DNA of 64,000 nt from the IMG/VR virus record IMGVR_UViG_3300042547_000432. One strand, written 5' to 3'. This stretch comes from a virus. Numbering within the stretch: the stretch's first letter is position 1; the number at the start of each line of letters is the position of its first letter. The position numbers were made by a program, and so were the translations under genes. Of this stretch, positions 20,695-30,073 are shown piece by piece. The notes beneath the pieces are model-generated. The model searched no databases. It was not told the DNA's origin and worked only from the letters and a program-made list of their open reading frames with translations.

Positions 20695-20925
20695 TTAGAG
20701 ACGGTTAATGTTAGATCCAGGTGTATCTGCGGCACGATTGATGATGTGTTTCCAATCGCTATCGGTTTTGTTTTGCCAGTTTCCTACTTCAGATACCGCG
20801 TGTAGTATAGTGGGCATCTGAGTAATATGAGGATTAGCTTCAAGATAAGGTTCTCTTTCTGCCATCATCATCCACTTTTCAAACTCTTCACCTGTATTAT
20901 TATCTTTGAATTTGTAAGTTGGCAT
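20695..20925 (-). CDS. Conserved small protein (MPTYKFKDNNTGEEFE; FmdB-like N-terminus)
   Basis: Start refined within the 92-aa ORF. Confidence 0.6.
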   Translation of the reverse strand: MPTYKFKDNNTGEEFEKWMMMAEREPYLEANPHITQMPTILHAVSEVGNWQNKTDSDWKHIINRAADTPGSNINRL

Positions 20926-21463
20926 CTTCAGTAAACCATGATGGAGTGGTGGAAGGAGATTTCCATTTCGCAAATGAAATTTTATCTCCGATATAATAGT
21001 TACGATATGACTGGATGGTATCTCCAGGCACTTTATATTTATCTGGCATTGCGGGGGGCGGATCTATCCATCCTGCTTCTGGTATGTTAAATGGAGCAAC
21101 CCAAAGATAACTAATCAAACTTTCTGTGCTATGATAATTTTTATAGCGACGGGTATACTCTACACAACAGTGCTGAAACAAATCGAATAACCAACGATAG
21201 TGCGAGCGAGATTGTCTAACCCATACAGCAGATGGATGGTTGATGTGACAAGCTTTATAAAGCACATCTTCCCGTGGTTTTTCTAATCGGTAACGCTTAA
21301 CTGTTTTACCTTTGGGAGATTTTTGCGTATAAGGAATGCCGTCGAGCACACGATGAGCAGTGGAAAGAAGCTGAGCGTACTCAACAATCATTTTAACCAC
21401 ATGCTTATCGCAATGCTCGGCGGCACAAGTACGAGGGTCGTAACTGAGGTAGAAGATATTCAT
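20900..21463 (-). CDS. Pyrimidine-dimer DNA glycosylase (DenV-like)
   Basis: MNIFYLS.DP..CA..HCDKHVVKMIVEYAQLLST...HINHPS..WVR...PPPAMP. Confidence 0.75.
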   Translation of the reverse strand: MNIFYLSYDPRTCAAEHCDKHVVKMIVEYAQLLSTAHRVLDGIPYTQKSPKGKTVKRYRLEKPREDVLYKACHINHPSAVWVRQSRSHYRWLFDLFQHCCVEYTRRYKNYHSTESLISYLWVAPFNIPEAGWIDPPPAMPDKYKVPGDTIQSYRNYYIGDKISFAKWKSPSTTPSWFTEDANLQIQR

Positions 21464-21490
21464 GGGGTCTTCGTGGTTGACCCCATTATA

Positions 21491-22123
21491 TCACCATTCC
21501 ATGGCTTCCGCAACCGTTGGGAACTGGGTTTTAAAAACCTCTTTACATCCCTCAGCAATCTCCATGTGTTCCCTTTGAGTACCATGGGCAGAGCGAAGGT
21601 CAATGTAATGAATCCATGAGCGACATGAGCCCGTCATGTAGATCCTTGTGGGCGTTGCCAGGGGCAACACAAAGCGAGCACACTCCTTAGCGACTCCCGC
21701 CTCTAGGAGACGCTTATAGAGGTTGTTGGCGGCGGTGAAGTGCTCAGCAATCTCTGCTTGAAACTTCAGTTTCACATAGTCTCCAAGGTCGTCAGTGGAG
21801 TTCTGACGATTCTTAGTATCCTGACGACGAAGATCAGGTACAGGAATATTTTCAGTAATTAGATTTGTATCAGCATAACGCTGTGAAAACTCTTGGAATG
21901 TGAAGCTCCTGTGACGAAGCACTTGTGCCGCGATGCCACGAGTTGTTTCAATCTCAAGTGTCATATGAGATTGTTCAAACACAGACCAATGATTATGCTC
22001 AATACAATAACGAAGTAACCCCGCATAGTTTTCGTTATCTTGATTACTAGGGTTAGACACTCTAGCAATATATGCCATTGTCTTTTCCGCATCTGGTGTC
22101 ACCGAAATAAGTTTAACCGTCAT
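21491..22123 (-). CDS. thyX: FAD-dependent thymidylate synthase
   Basis: HWSVFEQ...QVLRHRSFTFQEFSQRY ThyX motif. Confidence 0.97.
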   Translation of the reverse strand: MTVKLISVTPDAEKTMAYIARVSNPSNQDNENYAGLLRYCIEHNHWSVFEQSHMTLEIETTRGIAAQVLRHRSFTFQEFSQRYADTNLITENIPVPDLRRQDTKNRQNSTDDLGDYVKLKFQAEIAEHFTAANNLYKRLLEAGVAKECARFVLPLATPTRIYMTGSCRSWIHYIDLRSAHGTQREHMEIAEGCKEVFKTQFPTVAEAMEW

Positions 22124-22379
22124 TAGATTCATCCTTCACTTGTTGTTTTAAGTCCATCATTTGTATTTGAAATAATGGATTTTTTTCTAGGCGACGAAGA
22201 CGTTTTACAGACTCGCGTATTTGTAGATACTTTCTTTTATCAATTTCAGAAGCATCTGGTGGCGGTGGTTTCAACGCATCATTAGCATAGAACATATTTC
22301 TTTGTACGATAGGAGACTCGTAGTTCTCATCGTTTAAAATTTCTTCTTCACTATTCAATTCAATATTATCTTCATTCAT
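22113..22379 (-). CDS. Hypothetical protein
   Basis: 88-aa ORF in the co-oriented gene run. Confidence 0.55.
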   Translation of the reverse strand: MNEDNIELNSEEEILNDENYESPIVQRNMFYANDALKPPPPDASEIDKRKYLQIRESVKRLRRLEKNPLFQIQMMDLKQQVKDESNDG

Positions 22380-22382
22380 ATA

Positions 22383-22778
22383 TCAAGTAAGACGCAAGGA
22401 TAAAGTTACTGAAATAACATCACCACTGGTCTGAACATTGTATGGACCAGTAGAAAATTTTTCTGCCAAAAGTAAAATACCAGAAGCGTTAGTTACATAG
22501 TAACCATAGATATTTCCTTTTGGTGCTGTGAATGTCCAAGTTTGTTGTGGATATGAAGCTGAAGGAGGAGGACCAGCACTAACTGTCCACGAAGAACCAG
22601 TTAATACTTTAGGAGTATATCCATCTCCAGTAGTAACTTCAGTTACAGAAGCAACAACAGTGCTATCAGTGATAGCAGAGTTATTAGAAAACAACCTTAG
22701 TGTTAATGCCTCTACGGTTGTATCACTTCCAACAAGATAAGACAACGCTTGTGTCTTTGCTGATTGATTAATAATCAT
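22383..22778 (-). CDS. Putative small virion structural protein
   Basis: Thr/Ser/Gly-rich beta-type sequence (LRLFSNN...GYTPKVL...YGYYV). Confidence 0.5.
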   Translation of the reverse strand: MIINQSAKTQALSYLVGSDTTVEALTLRLFSNNSAITDSTVVASVTEVTTGDGYTPKVLTGSSWTVSAGPPPSASYPQQTWTFTAPKGNIYGYYVTNASGILLLAEKFSTGPYNVQTSGDVISVTLSLRLT

Positions 22779-22779
22779 T

Positions 22780-23034
22780 TTACCTCTTTTTCTTTTGTTC
22801 TTTTGACGGGGAATCCCAAAGCTTTGGATTAACTCTCCCCTCAGATTGTTTCCAACCCTTCAAACCCTCTCTATATCTATCCCAGTAATAATCAAAAATT
22901 TCGATTTGTTTATCTGGAATAACTAAATCATATGCGAGTGCTCCATCAATTTCATAGGTAACTAGATAAGCATTATAAGGTAAACCACGATCTTTGGCAA
23001 TACTAGGATCACAGTTTTGATGGAGAATTTTCAT
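22780..23034 (-). CDS. Conserved cyanophage hypothetical protein
   Basis: MKILHQNCDPS...LPYNAYLVTY...FDYYWD.Y; tight gene spacing. Confidence 0.65.
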   Translation of the reverse strand: MKILHQNCDPSIAKDRGLPYNAYLVTYEIDGALAYDLVIPDKQIEIFDYYWDRYREGLKGWKQSEGRVNPKLWDSPSKEQKKKR

Positions 23035-23483
23035 TAACTACGTCCTCCCCATTGAATTTGTGGAAATGTTTCTTGTACTAATGCTTTTGAAATTCTATTG
23101 TATTTTGTTTGAAGCTTCTTATCTTTCACCAAGCAAAGAATCTCTGCTTCATCAGGATGAAGATTTTCAAGCATACCTAAAAAGATTTGTTCTCTTTTAC
23201 TTTGGGTAATATTAGATCCACCTTTGACAAAGTGGAACATTTTCTTACCTTCATTTTCAAGTAACAGATGATCCGTTCCTTCTGGTGCTGGATTAGTTAC
23301 ATACGGAACTTCTCCCTCAGGTAGCATAGAAACTACACTATCATCAAAGTTCCAGATGAAAAGAGAACGAAGAACTTGCGTGTTATTTTCTAACAAAATT
23401 CGTTTCTTTTCTTCTTTAGTCTTTGCGTTATTGGTTTTGCGTAGCACCTCTGAAATTAGAGGGCGATATGTTTTAGTTGCCAT
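23034..23483 (-). CDS. Conserved T4-like hypothetical protein
   Basis: LISEVL...KTKEEK...LPEGEVPY...REQIFLGMLENLHPDEAEIL. Confidence 0.7.
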   Translation of the reverse strand: MATKTYRPLISEVLRKTNNAKTKEEKKRILLENNTQVLRSLFIWNFDDSVVSMLPEGEVPYVTNPAPEGTDHLLLENEGKKMFHFVKGGSNITQSKREQIFLGMLENLHPDEAEILCLVKDKKLQTKYNRISKALVQETFPQIQWGGRS

Positions 23484-23489
23484 GTCAAT

Positions 23490-24380
23490 TCAAAATGGTT
23501 GTGTGTTACGAAATACGAAATCTTCCATCAACTTGGTAAGTTGATGTTCTTGGAAGTATTCCAATGGAACTTTCCTTTCGTTGCTATTTAGTGACTTGTA
23601 ATAATTAACAATTTCTGTAGCAAGGTGTTCTGGAATACAAGAAAGATCAATCAATTTTCGATTGCGCTCATAGTTTTCTCTCGCTTGTTGATCAAGACAG
23701 AATGCAGATGGATCTTGCTTTACCCACTTTTCTAAGTTTTTCTTACTTATAGGTTTCTGTCTTTTACCTACCACAAATGTATCAGCATCAGATAGGAAGT
23801 TAGGTATGCCATCTGACTTATCTCCCTTAATGATATGCTCTCTAGCATATGCTTTTGGGTCCGCATGTTTAATCTCCTTTTTTAAAATAGGATTGTATTG
23901 CTTCACAAAAGGATATTTTTGTAGTTGAATAAAATCTTTATCGCCAGACAAGATTAAAACTTGTTCAGCATCTTCTCCTGCTTTCTGGAGTTTAATATTA
24001 CGATAGGCTTGATAGGTGGTGAGAGTACTGATAACATCATCAGCCTCAGCTCCATATACCTCAACAACTTTATACGGAAAAAAGTTTTTAATTTCATCGC
24101 GTATCTTATTCAAGACTTCGAAGATAGCATTCCAATCTAGATCAGATGCTTCTCGGTCTTTCTTTCTATTCTGTTTGTAATAAGGAAATGCTTCCTTTCG
24201 CCAGTAGTGCTTACTGTCATACGCAAGAACAACCTCACCATACTTAGGAGAGTATTGTTTTTCAAATGCGCGAAGGGCAGTAAGCACCATATGACGAACA
24301 AGATTTTCATTCAAAGCATCGCCTTTCAGTTGCACCATCAGATTACTAATCATAATCTGATTCATATCAATTAGAATCAT
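23490..24380 (-). CDS. rnh: T4-type RNase H (5'-3' exonuclease)
   Basis: MILIDMNQI...YWRK..FPYYK.NRKK.R...EADD...SGDKDFIQL...GDKSDGIPN. Confidence 0.95.
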   Translation of the reverse strand: MILIDMNQIMISNLMVQLKGDALNENLVRHMVLTALRAFEKQYSPKYGEVVLAYDSKHYWRKEAFPYYKQNRKKDREASDLDWNAIFEVLNKIRDEIKNFFPYKVVEVYGAEADDVISTLTTYQAYRNIKLQKAGEDAEQVLILSGDKDFIQLQKYPFVKQYNPILKKEIKHADPKAYAREHIIKGDKSDGIPNFLSDADTFVVGKRQKPISKKNLEKWVKQDPSAFCLDQQARENYERNRKLIDLSCIPEHLATEIVNYYKSLNSNERKVPLEYFQEHQLTKLMEDFVFRNTQPF

Positions 24381-24623
24381 TTAATCCTCTTCGTCGTACT
24401 CCTCAAAATCTTCAGAATTCTCAAAGCGAACCGCTACGATCTCATCAGGAATCAGTTGACCATTTTCATCAAACATTTCAGGATGCATAGGAACAATCCT
24501 GTTCTTGTTTAAAAATGAATAGACGATATCGTTTCCGAACCATCCGATCATCAGTCCAATCATAAAAGACCCTACGATACCTATTCCACTAAAGAATAAG
24601 ATATATGGTGTTGCTGACTCCAT
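24381..24623 (-). CDS. Small membrane protein
   Basis: Hydrophobic N-terminus; HPEMFDENG...VAVRFE. Confidence 0.6.
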   Translation of the reverse strand: MESATPYILFFSGIGIVGSFMIGLMIGWFGNDIVYSFLNKNRIVPMHPEMFDENGQLIPDEIVAVRFENSEDFEEYDEED

Positions 24624-24627
24624 CTTA

Positions 24628-24762
24628 CTACTCCCTTGTTGGTTTGTCAACCTCCCAGGAAAACTCCAGATGAAAATGGAATGTTCTGCGTAGGAGGTGA
24701 AAAGTGTTACTTAAATTTAATCCATGCTTAGGTTTGACTTTATCAACCCTCCTACGCAACAT
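24628..24762 (-). CDS. Small hypothetical protein (MLRRRVDK...)
   Basis: Start refined within the 71-aa ORF. Confidence 0.45.
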   Translation of the reverse strand: MLRRRVDKVKPKHGLNLSNTFHLLRRTFHFHLEFSWEVDKPTRE

Positions 24763-24775
24763 GAATTCTATACCT

Positions 24776-25126
24776 TTATTTATTTGAAGTTTTTGGTTTT
24801 CTTCCAGGTCGTTTTGATTTTTCATACTGTTTAGCATCTTCAATAATTTTATTCAAAAAATCTCTGGTTTTTATTACTCTCTGTTCGCCCATCCATTCAT
24901 AAGCTTCTTTTAATAAAGCATTATCAATTAAATATAAATTTAATTCATTAACTTGATCAACAAGAGATGTATACAAGTATGATTTAATAAATTTTTTTAT
25001 ATCATTTCTTGAGATTTTTTGAGACGAAAGATAAACAAAAAAATCTAAATCATATTTGTCTTCAGAAAAAACAAGATTGATTGCTTCGTTTACTACATCA
25101 TACAATGTTTCAATTGCTGCCGCCAT
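24776..25126 (-). CDS. Hypothetical protein
   Basis: 116-aa ORF, co-oriented, typical spacing. Confidence 0.6.
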   Translation of the reverse strand: MAAAIETLYDVVNEAINLVFSEDKYDLDFFVYLSSQKISRNDIKKFIKSYLYTSLVDQVNELNLYLIDNALLKEAYEWMGEQRVIKTRDFLNKIIEDAKQYEKSKRPGRKPKTSNK

Positions 25127-25379
25127 TTTTATTCTTGGAGCTTGTTACTAGTCCTTCTTTCACAAATAATTTAACCGCGTCAACAAGTCCTCCAATCTGT
25201 CTTCCATCCACAACAACAAAAGGAAACATATTGACTCCTGGAAATAATGATTCAAATTCATCTAAAGGCATGTCTCTCTTTACAACTACCTCAGTATAAT
25301 CTGTCTTTGCTCTCTTAAAAAGTTCTTTAAGGGTTTTACAATGAGAACATCCTGGCAAAGTATATGCTACTATTTCCAT
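25110..25379 (-). CDS. Glutaredoxin
   Basis: YTLPGCSHC CxxC; FPFVVVDGRQIGG. Confidence 0.9.
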   Translation of the reverse strand: MEIVAYTLPGCSHCKTLKELFKRAKTDYTEVVVKRDMPLDEFESLFPGVNMFPFVVVDGRQIGGLVDAVKLFVKEGLVTSSKNKNGGSN

Positions 25380-25729
25380 CAAATACCTCTCAAATATACG
25401 CGAATGTTTGGTTTTACACATTCTAGCACCTGAATCATATATTCGCAAGCCTTGTGAGGCATGGTATGGTCACCACACGTAAAGATATCTACAGCAGCAT
25501 ATCCTTTCTCAGGCCAAGTATGAATACTGATGTGACTTTCTGATAGTAAGCAAACAGCAGTGATTCCCTGTGGCGTGAATTCGTATTTGATTTCTTCTAG
25601 TAACGTTGCGTTCGCGTGTTCTACTGCTTGCCTAAGGGAAGTGCTAATAAATTCTGAGTTGTTTAAAAGGTCAGCATTACACTCGCATAACTCTGCGATG
25701 TGATGAACCCCCAGCACTTCATCCATCAA
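25379..25729 (-). CDS. speD: S-adenosylmethionine decarboxylase proenzyme family (pyruvoyl-dependent)
   Basis: FTPQGITAVCLLSESHISIHTWPEKGYAAVDIFTCG. Confidence 0.92.
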   Translation of the reverse strand: MMDEVLGVHHIAELCECNADLLNNSEFISTSLRQAVEHANATLLEEIKYEFTPQGITAVCLLSESHISIHTWPEKGYAAVDIFTCGDHTMPHKACEYMIQVLECVKPNIRVYLRGI

Positions 25730-25760
25730 TGTGTCTCCAATAACGTTATATTTATTACCG

Positions 25761-26474
25761 TTATTTGTATCTTTCTAAAGAATATATTCCATTCTTTTCT
25801 ACAATTGCCGAGCAAGTGTCACACCAATCCCCACAGCACATATAAAGAAGTTTATTGAAGTAACGAATGTTTGCGTGATGAATATGACCACAAATCACAC
25901 CATCATATTTCTTATCTCTCTGTATACAATATGATGCCACATCAGTCTCATATTGATTGATGTATCTCTTTCCACGAATGGTATTTTTCAAAGCATACAC
26001 CAATGAGAAACGAAAGAATCTTTCTAGAAACAAACTCAATGGTGTGATAAATTCATATCCCTTGTTGAATATCAATTGCTTCCAAGACCCAGAAGAATAT
26101 TCTGAATACTTATCACCGTGTACACAAAGAAACTTATTGCCTTTTGAATCTTTATGTGTGTATTCATCCACCATTTTAAAATTCTTGTGCTCAAAATCAC
26201 AGTAACGACGAATCTGACCTTCGTGATTTCCTAGAATATAAACAATTTCTGTGCCTTTCTTGGCGAGATTTAAAATCTGATGAACACATTCAGTGTGTTC
26301 TTTTTTCCAATGTGTATGATATGTTTCTAAGCAAGCGATGTCAATAATATCACCTACCAATACTAACTTTTTTGTTTTAAGTTCTTTGATAAATTTTAAA
26401 AATTTCTGAGTGTTACACCTATTGGTGCCCAAATGAACATCAGAAATAAAAACTGTATCGTAAGTCATAATCAA
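25761..26474 (-). CDS. Calcineurin-like metallophosphoesterase (LpxH-like)
   Basis: SDVHLG, GDIID, GNHE, HGD, GHIH, GDW motifs. Confidence 0.85.
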   Translation of the reverse strand: MIMTYDTVFISDVHLGTNRCNTQKFLKFIKELKTKKLVLVGDIIDIACLETYHTHWKKEHTECVHQILNLAKKGTEIVYILGNHEGQIRRYCDFEHKNFKMVDEYTHKDSKGNKFLCVHGDKYSEYSSGSWKQLIFNKGYEFITPLSLFLERFFRFSLVYALKNTIRGKRYINQYETDVASYCIQRDKKYDGVICGHIHHANIRYFNKLLYMCCGDWCDTCSAIVEKNGIYSLERYK

Positions 26475-26632
26475 AATCTTGTTGGAGTATAATTCATATC
26501 TTCAAGTAACTGGTCTAACATTTTTCCATATTCTTTAAATCTTCTGTCACCAGCAATAAAACATCTTTGTCTCATCCACACAGCATCTGCTAAAAGTTTT
26601 ATTTCTTTTTCTGTGAGTGTTAAGGTTTTCAT
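26471..26632 (-). CDS. Small hypothetical protein (MKTLTLTEKEIKLLADAVWMRQR...)
   Basis: Start refined within the 91-aa ORF. Confidence 0.55.
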   Translation of the reverse strand: MKTLTLTEKEIKLLADAVWMRQRCFIAGDRRFKEYGKMLDQLLEDMNYTPTRF

Positions 26633-26673
26633 TTTTGTATGACATACCTCTCTATGTAGGTTAGTTTCTAGAC

Positions 26674-26698
26674 AAAAAAAGACCCCCCGAAGGAGGTC
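26674..26698 (-). terminator. Intrinsic terminator of psbA
   Basis: GACCTCC-TTCG-GGGGGTC followed by T7 on minus strand. Confidence 0.85.
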
Positions 26699-26717
26699 TG
26701 TGATGTATTGAAAACAA

Positions 26718-27800
26718 TCAACCGATAGCAGGTGCTGTAAGAGCAACAGGTGTCATATCAGCAGCAGCAAGGTCAAGAGGGAAGTTGTGAGCGTTACGCT
26801 CGTGCATCACTTCAAAACCGAGATTAGCACGGTTAAGGATGTCTGCCCAGGTGTTGATCACGCGACCGTTGTTATCAAGCAGCGACTGATTAAAGTTGAA
26901 TCCGTTGAGGTTGAATGCCATGGTACTAACACCAAGAGCAGCAAACCAGATGCCAACTACAGGCCAGGCAGCAAGGAAGAAGTGAAGACTACGAGAGTTA
27001 TTGAAGGAAGCGTATTGGAAAATAAGGCGACCAAAATAACCGTGAGCAGCTACAATGTTGTAGGTCTCTTCTTCTTGTCCGAACTTGTATCCGTAGTTCT
27101 GAGATTCAGTTTCAGTTGTTTCGCGGACGAGGGAACTAGTGACCAAAGATCCATGCATAGCAGAGAAAAGAGAACCACCAAATACACCAGCCACCCCAAG
27201 CATATGGAAGGGGTGCATGAGGATGTTATGCTCCGCCTGAAAAACAAGCATGTAGTTAAATGTTCCGCTAATGCCGAGCGGCATACCATCAGAGAAGGAA
27301 CCTTGTCCAAAGGGATAGACGAGGAAAACTGCAGTAGCAGCAGCAACGGGTGCGCTGTAGGCAACACAAATCCAAGGACGCATACCAAGTCGGTAAGAAA
27401 GTTCCCATTCACGACCCATGTAAGAGAAGACACCGATAAGAAAGTGGAAGACCACCAGTTGATAAGGACCACCATTATATAGCCACTCATCGAGCGACAT
27501 GGCATTCCAGATGGGATAAAAGTGAAGACCAATAGCGTTGCTTGAAGGAACAACAGCACCAGAGATGATGTTGTTTCCATACATTAGTGAACCAGCGACA
27601 GGCTCACGGATGCCGTCAATATCCACGGGGGGTGCGGCGATGAAAGCGACGATGAAGCAGATGGTTGCTGCAAGGAGGGTAGGAATCATAAGAGTTCCAA
27701 ACCAACCAACATAAAGACGATTGTTGGTAGAGGTAACCCACTCGCAGAAGCTTTCCCAAATGTTTTCACCACCGCGACGTTGTGCGATAGTTGCAGTCAT
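26718..27800 (-). CDS. psbA: Photosystem II D1 protein, 360 aa, uninterrupted
   Basis: Canonical D1 sequence ([33 protein letters not shown]). Confidence 0.99.
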   Translation of the reverse strand: MTATIAQRRGGENIWESFCEWVTSTNNRLYVGWFGTLMIPTLLAATICFIVAFIAAPPVDIDGIREPVAGSLMYGNNIISGAVVPSSNAIGLHFYPIWNAMSLDEWLYNGGPYQLVVFHFLIGVFSYMGREWELSYRLGMRPWICVAYSAPVAAATAVFLVYPFGQGSFSDGMPLGISGTFNYMLVFQAEHNILMHPFHMLGVAGVFGGSLFSAMHGSLVTSSLVRETTETESQNYGYKFGQEEETYNIVAAHGYFGRLIFQYASFNNSRSLHFFLAAWPVVGIWFAALGVSTMAFNLNGFNFNQSLLDNNGRVINTWADILNRANLGFEVMHERNAHNFPLDLAAADMTPVALTAPAIG

Positions 27801-27843
27801 TGAAATACTCCGAGTAGTTGAGGGTAAGTATTGTGAAGAAATG

Positions 27844-27895
27844 TTTCCATTTCTTAACATTTATTTATAGTAGCACGGTTCCCCGCCCCTGTCAA
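27844..27895 (-). promoter_or_regulatory. psbA sigma70 promoter with TAAATA late promoter and HLR1-like direct repeat
   Basis: TTGACA-17-TACTAT; TAAATA just downstream; + strand TTTCCATT-tc-TTAACATT. Confidence 0.75.
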
Positions 27896-27954
27896 GCCCC
27901 CCAGTCCCACCATTTATAAATATAACTAAATAGGGCACTCATTGTAGGTTACGA

Positions 27955-30072
27955 ATGGCAAATAGATACCCATTAATTGCCAACGCTGTTACAAGACAAT
28001 TAGAAGAAGTTAAAACAGGTGATAGTTTAAATCTCGCACAAACTGGAATTTTTGATGGAACCAGTACAGGATTGGCTGGTTATGTTCTAACTTCAACTGG
28101 TTCAACTGTATCATGGCAGGCACCATTATCAACGGAACAAGTCCAAGATATTATTGGTGACATGGTTTCTGTAAACACAGAAACTAATATATCAGTAACT
28201 TATGATGACGCAAATGGAAAACTAAATTTTTCTGTTCCAACAGCAACAACAACAATCGCTGGAGCAGTAAAACCAGATGGTTCAACGCTAAGTATAGCAC
28301 CTGATGGAACTCTCACCGTAATTGGTGGTGGCGGAAGTAATGTAACAAACTTAGATAGTCTAACTGATGTTCAAATCGGTGGTGTAATCACTGGTCAAAC
28401 TCTACGTTACAATGGCACACAGTTTGTAAACGCAAGCTTATCGTATAATGATTTATCAAACAGACCAGCACTTGCTACAGTAGCGACATCTAGTTCTTAC
28501 AATGACCTGACATTCAAACCTTTCATTCCATCTCTCATCAATGATCTCGCTGATGTGGATGGCACACCTTCAGTTGGTCAAGTTCTAAAATGGAATGGTA
28601 CTGTATGGGCACCAGCAGCTGATTTAACTGGTGGTGGAGGTGGTGGTGGTATCACACTAACAGACCTTTCGGTAACTACAAACGCAGCGGTTGGTGGTGG
28701 TTCATTGTCATATGATAATAATAATGGCACATTCACGTTCACCCCACCAAATCTTTCTGTTTATTTGACAAGTGAAACAAATGCTGATTGGAATGCTACA
28801 ACTGGTGTTGCTCAAATTTTAAACAAACCCACACTATCTGCTGTAGCAACATCTGGTTCATACAATGATCTCTCAAATACACCAACAATTCCAGCAGCAC
28901 AAGTTCCATCTGATTGGTCAGCAACGACAGGTGTTACACGCATCTTAAATAAACCAACTCTTGCTACTGTAGCAACATCTGGTTCATACAATGATTTAAC
29001 GAATAGACCAAGTTTAGCAACCGTAGCAACCAGCGGTGAATACGCTGATTTGGCAAACAGACCAAGCCTAGCATCCGTTGCTATCTCAGCATCATACAAT
29101 GACCTTGTAGATCAACCAGTTATCCCAGCAGCACAAGTTCCTTCTGATTGGAATGCTAATACTGGTGTGTCGAGAATCTTAAACAGACCATCACTATCAA
29201 CCGTTGCCACAACAGGAGATTATTTTGATTTAGCAAATCGCCCAACACTATCCACTGTATCAGCAACTGGTTCATATAACGACTTATTGAATAGACCAAC
29301 ACTATCAACTGTTGCTATCACTGGTTCTTATAATGATCTGACAAATAGACCAACATTAGTTACTGCCCTCAGTGCTCTAACAGATGTAACAATAACATCA
29401 CCAATATCTAATCAAACCATTCGTTACAATGGAATTCGCTGGGTAAACGTCACCGATAACTTTATTGGAAGAGATGGAGTATCTGTATCAACTGCAACTG
29501 CTTCTGGTGGCGGCAGTTTATCATACAACAGTACAAATGGTGTATTTACCTTTACACCACCCAACTTAAGTAGTTATCTGACTGGTATTGGTTCATTATC
29601 AATTGACGCTCTGAGTGATGTACAAATTGGCACACCACAAGTTGGACAAACACTAAAATGGAATGGAACTAACTGGTCTCCAGCTGATTCTGCTGGCGGA
29701 AGATCAACAGTATTTGCCAGCACTTCTTCAATAGTAAACGGAGCATCTGAAAACATTACAATTGTCGGATTTAAGTCTTATGCTTTACTGAAGATTCAAA
29801 CTTCAGAAGCAGCATGGGTAACATTATATTCCGATACTGGCAGTAGATTATCCGATGCTTCACGTTCAGAAAATACAGATCCAGCACCAGGAGCAGGTGT
29901 AATCGCTGAAGTTATTCACACGGCAGCTCAAACAACAATCATAACTCCTGGCACAATTGGGTGGAATAATGACACAATACCATCCACGAATATCTACGCT
30001 AAAGTTGTCAATAAAAGTGGTTCAACCACAGCAATTACAGTAACGTTAACAGTTCTACAATTAGAAACCTAA
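27955..30072 (+). CDS. Repeat-rich tail fibre protein
   Basis: Two TAAATA boxes upstream (27917, 27927); L..L.DV...GQ.L.WNGT.W modules and 17-aa repeats. Confidence 0.75.
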   Translation: MANRYPLIANAVTRQLEEVKTGDSLNLAQTGIFDGTSTGLAGYVLTSTGSTVSWQAPLSTEQVQDIIGDMVSVNTETNISVTYDDANGKLNFSVPTATTTIAGAVKPDGSTLSIAPDGTLTVIGGGGSNVTNLDSLTDVQIGGVITGQTLRYNGTQFVNASLSYNDLSNRPALATVATSSSYNDLTFKPFIPSLINDLADVDGTPSVGQVLKWNGTVWAPAADLTGGGGGGGITLTDLSVTTNAAVGGGSLSYDNNNGTFTFTPPNLSVYLTSETNADWNATTGVAQILNKPTLSAVATSGSYNDLSNTPTIPAAQVPSDWSATTGVTRILNKPTLATVATSGSYNDLTNRPSLATVATSGEYADLANRPSLASVAISASYNDLVDQPVIPAAQVPSDWNANTGVSRILNRPSLSTVATTGDYFDLANRPTLSTVSATGSYNDLLNRPTLSTVAITGSYNDLTNRPTLVTALSALTDVTITSPISNQTIRYNGIRWVNVTDNFIGRDGVSVSTATASGGGSLSYNSTNGVFTFTPPNLSSYLTGIGSLSIDALSDVQIGTPQVGQTLKWNGTNWSPADSAGGRSTVFASTSSIVNGASENITIVGFKSYALLKIQTSEAAWVTLYSDTGSRLSDASRSENTDPAPGAGVIAEVIHTAAQTTIITPGTIGWNNDTIPSTNIYAKVVNKSGSTTAITVTLTVLQLET
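28455..29355 (+). repeat. Coding tandem repeats of about 51 nt (xLxTVATSGSYNDLxNRP, about 8 copies) plus xDWNATTGVxxILNKP linkers
   Basis: Visible in translation of 27955..30072. Confidence 0.85.
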
Positions 30073-30073
30073 T

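Noticed and set aside
26787-27580. 231-aa antisense and 176-aa alternative-frame ORFs over psbA
   Set aside because: By-products of psbA codon structure
28455-29355. Periodic DNA repeats resembling a CRISPR array
   Set aside because: In-frame degenerate coding repeats of the tail fibre without unique spacers
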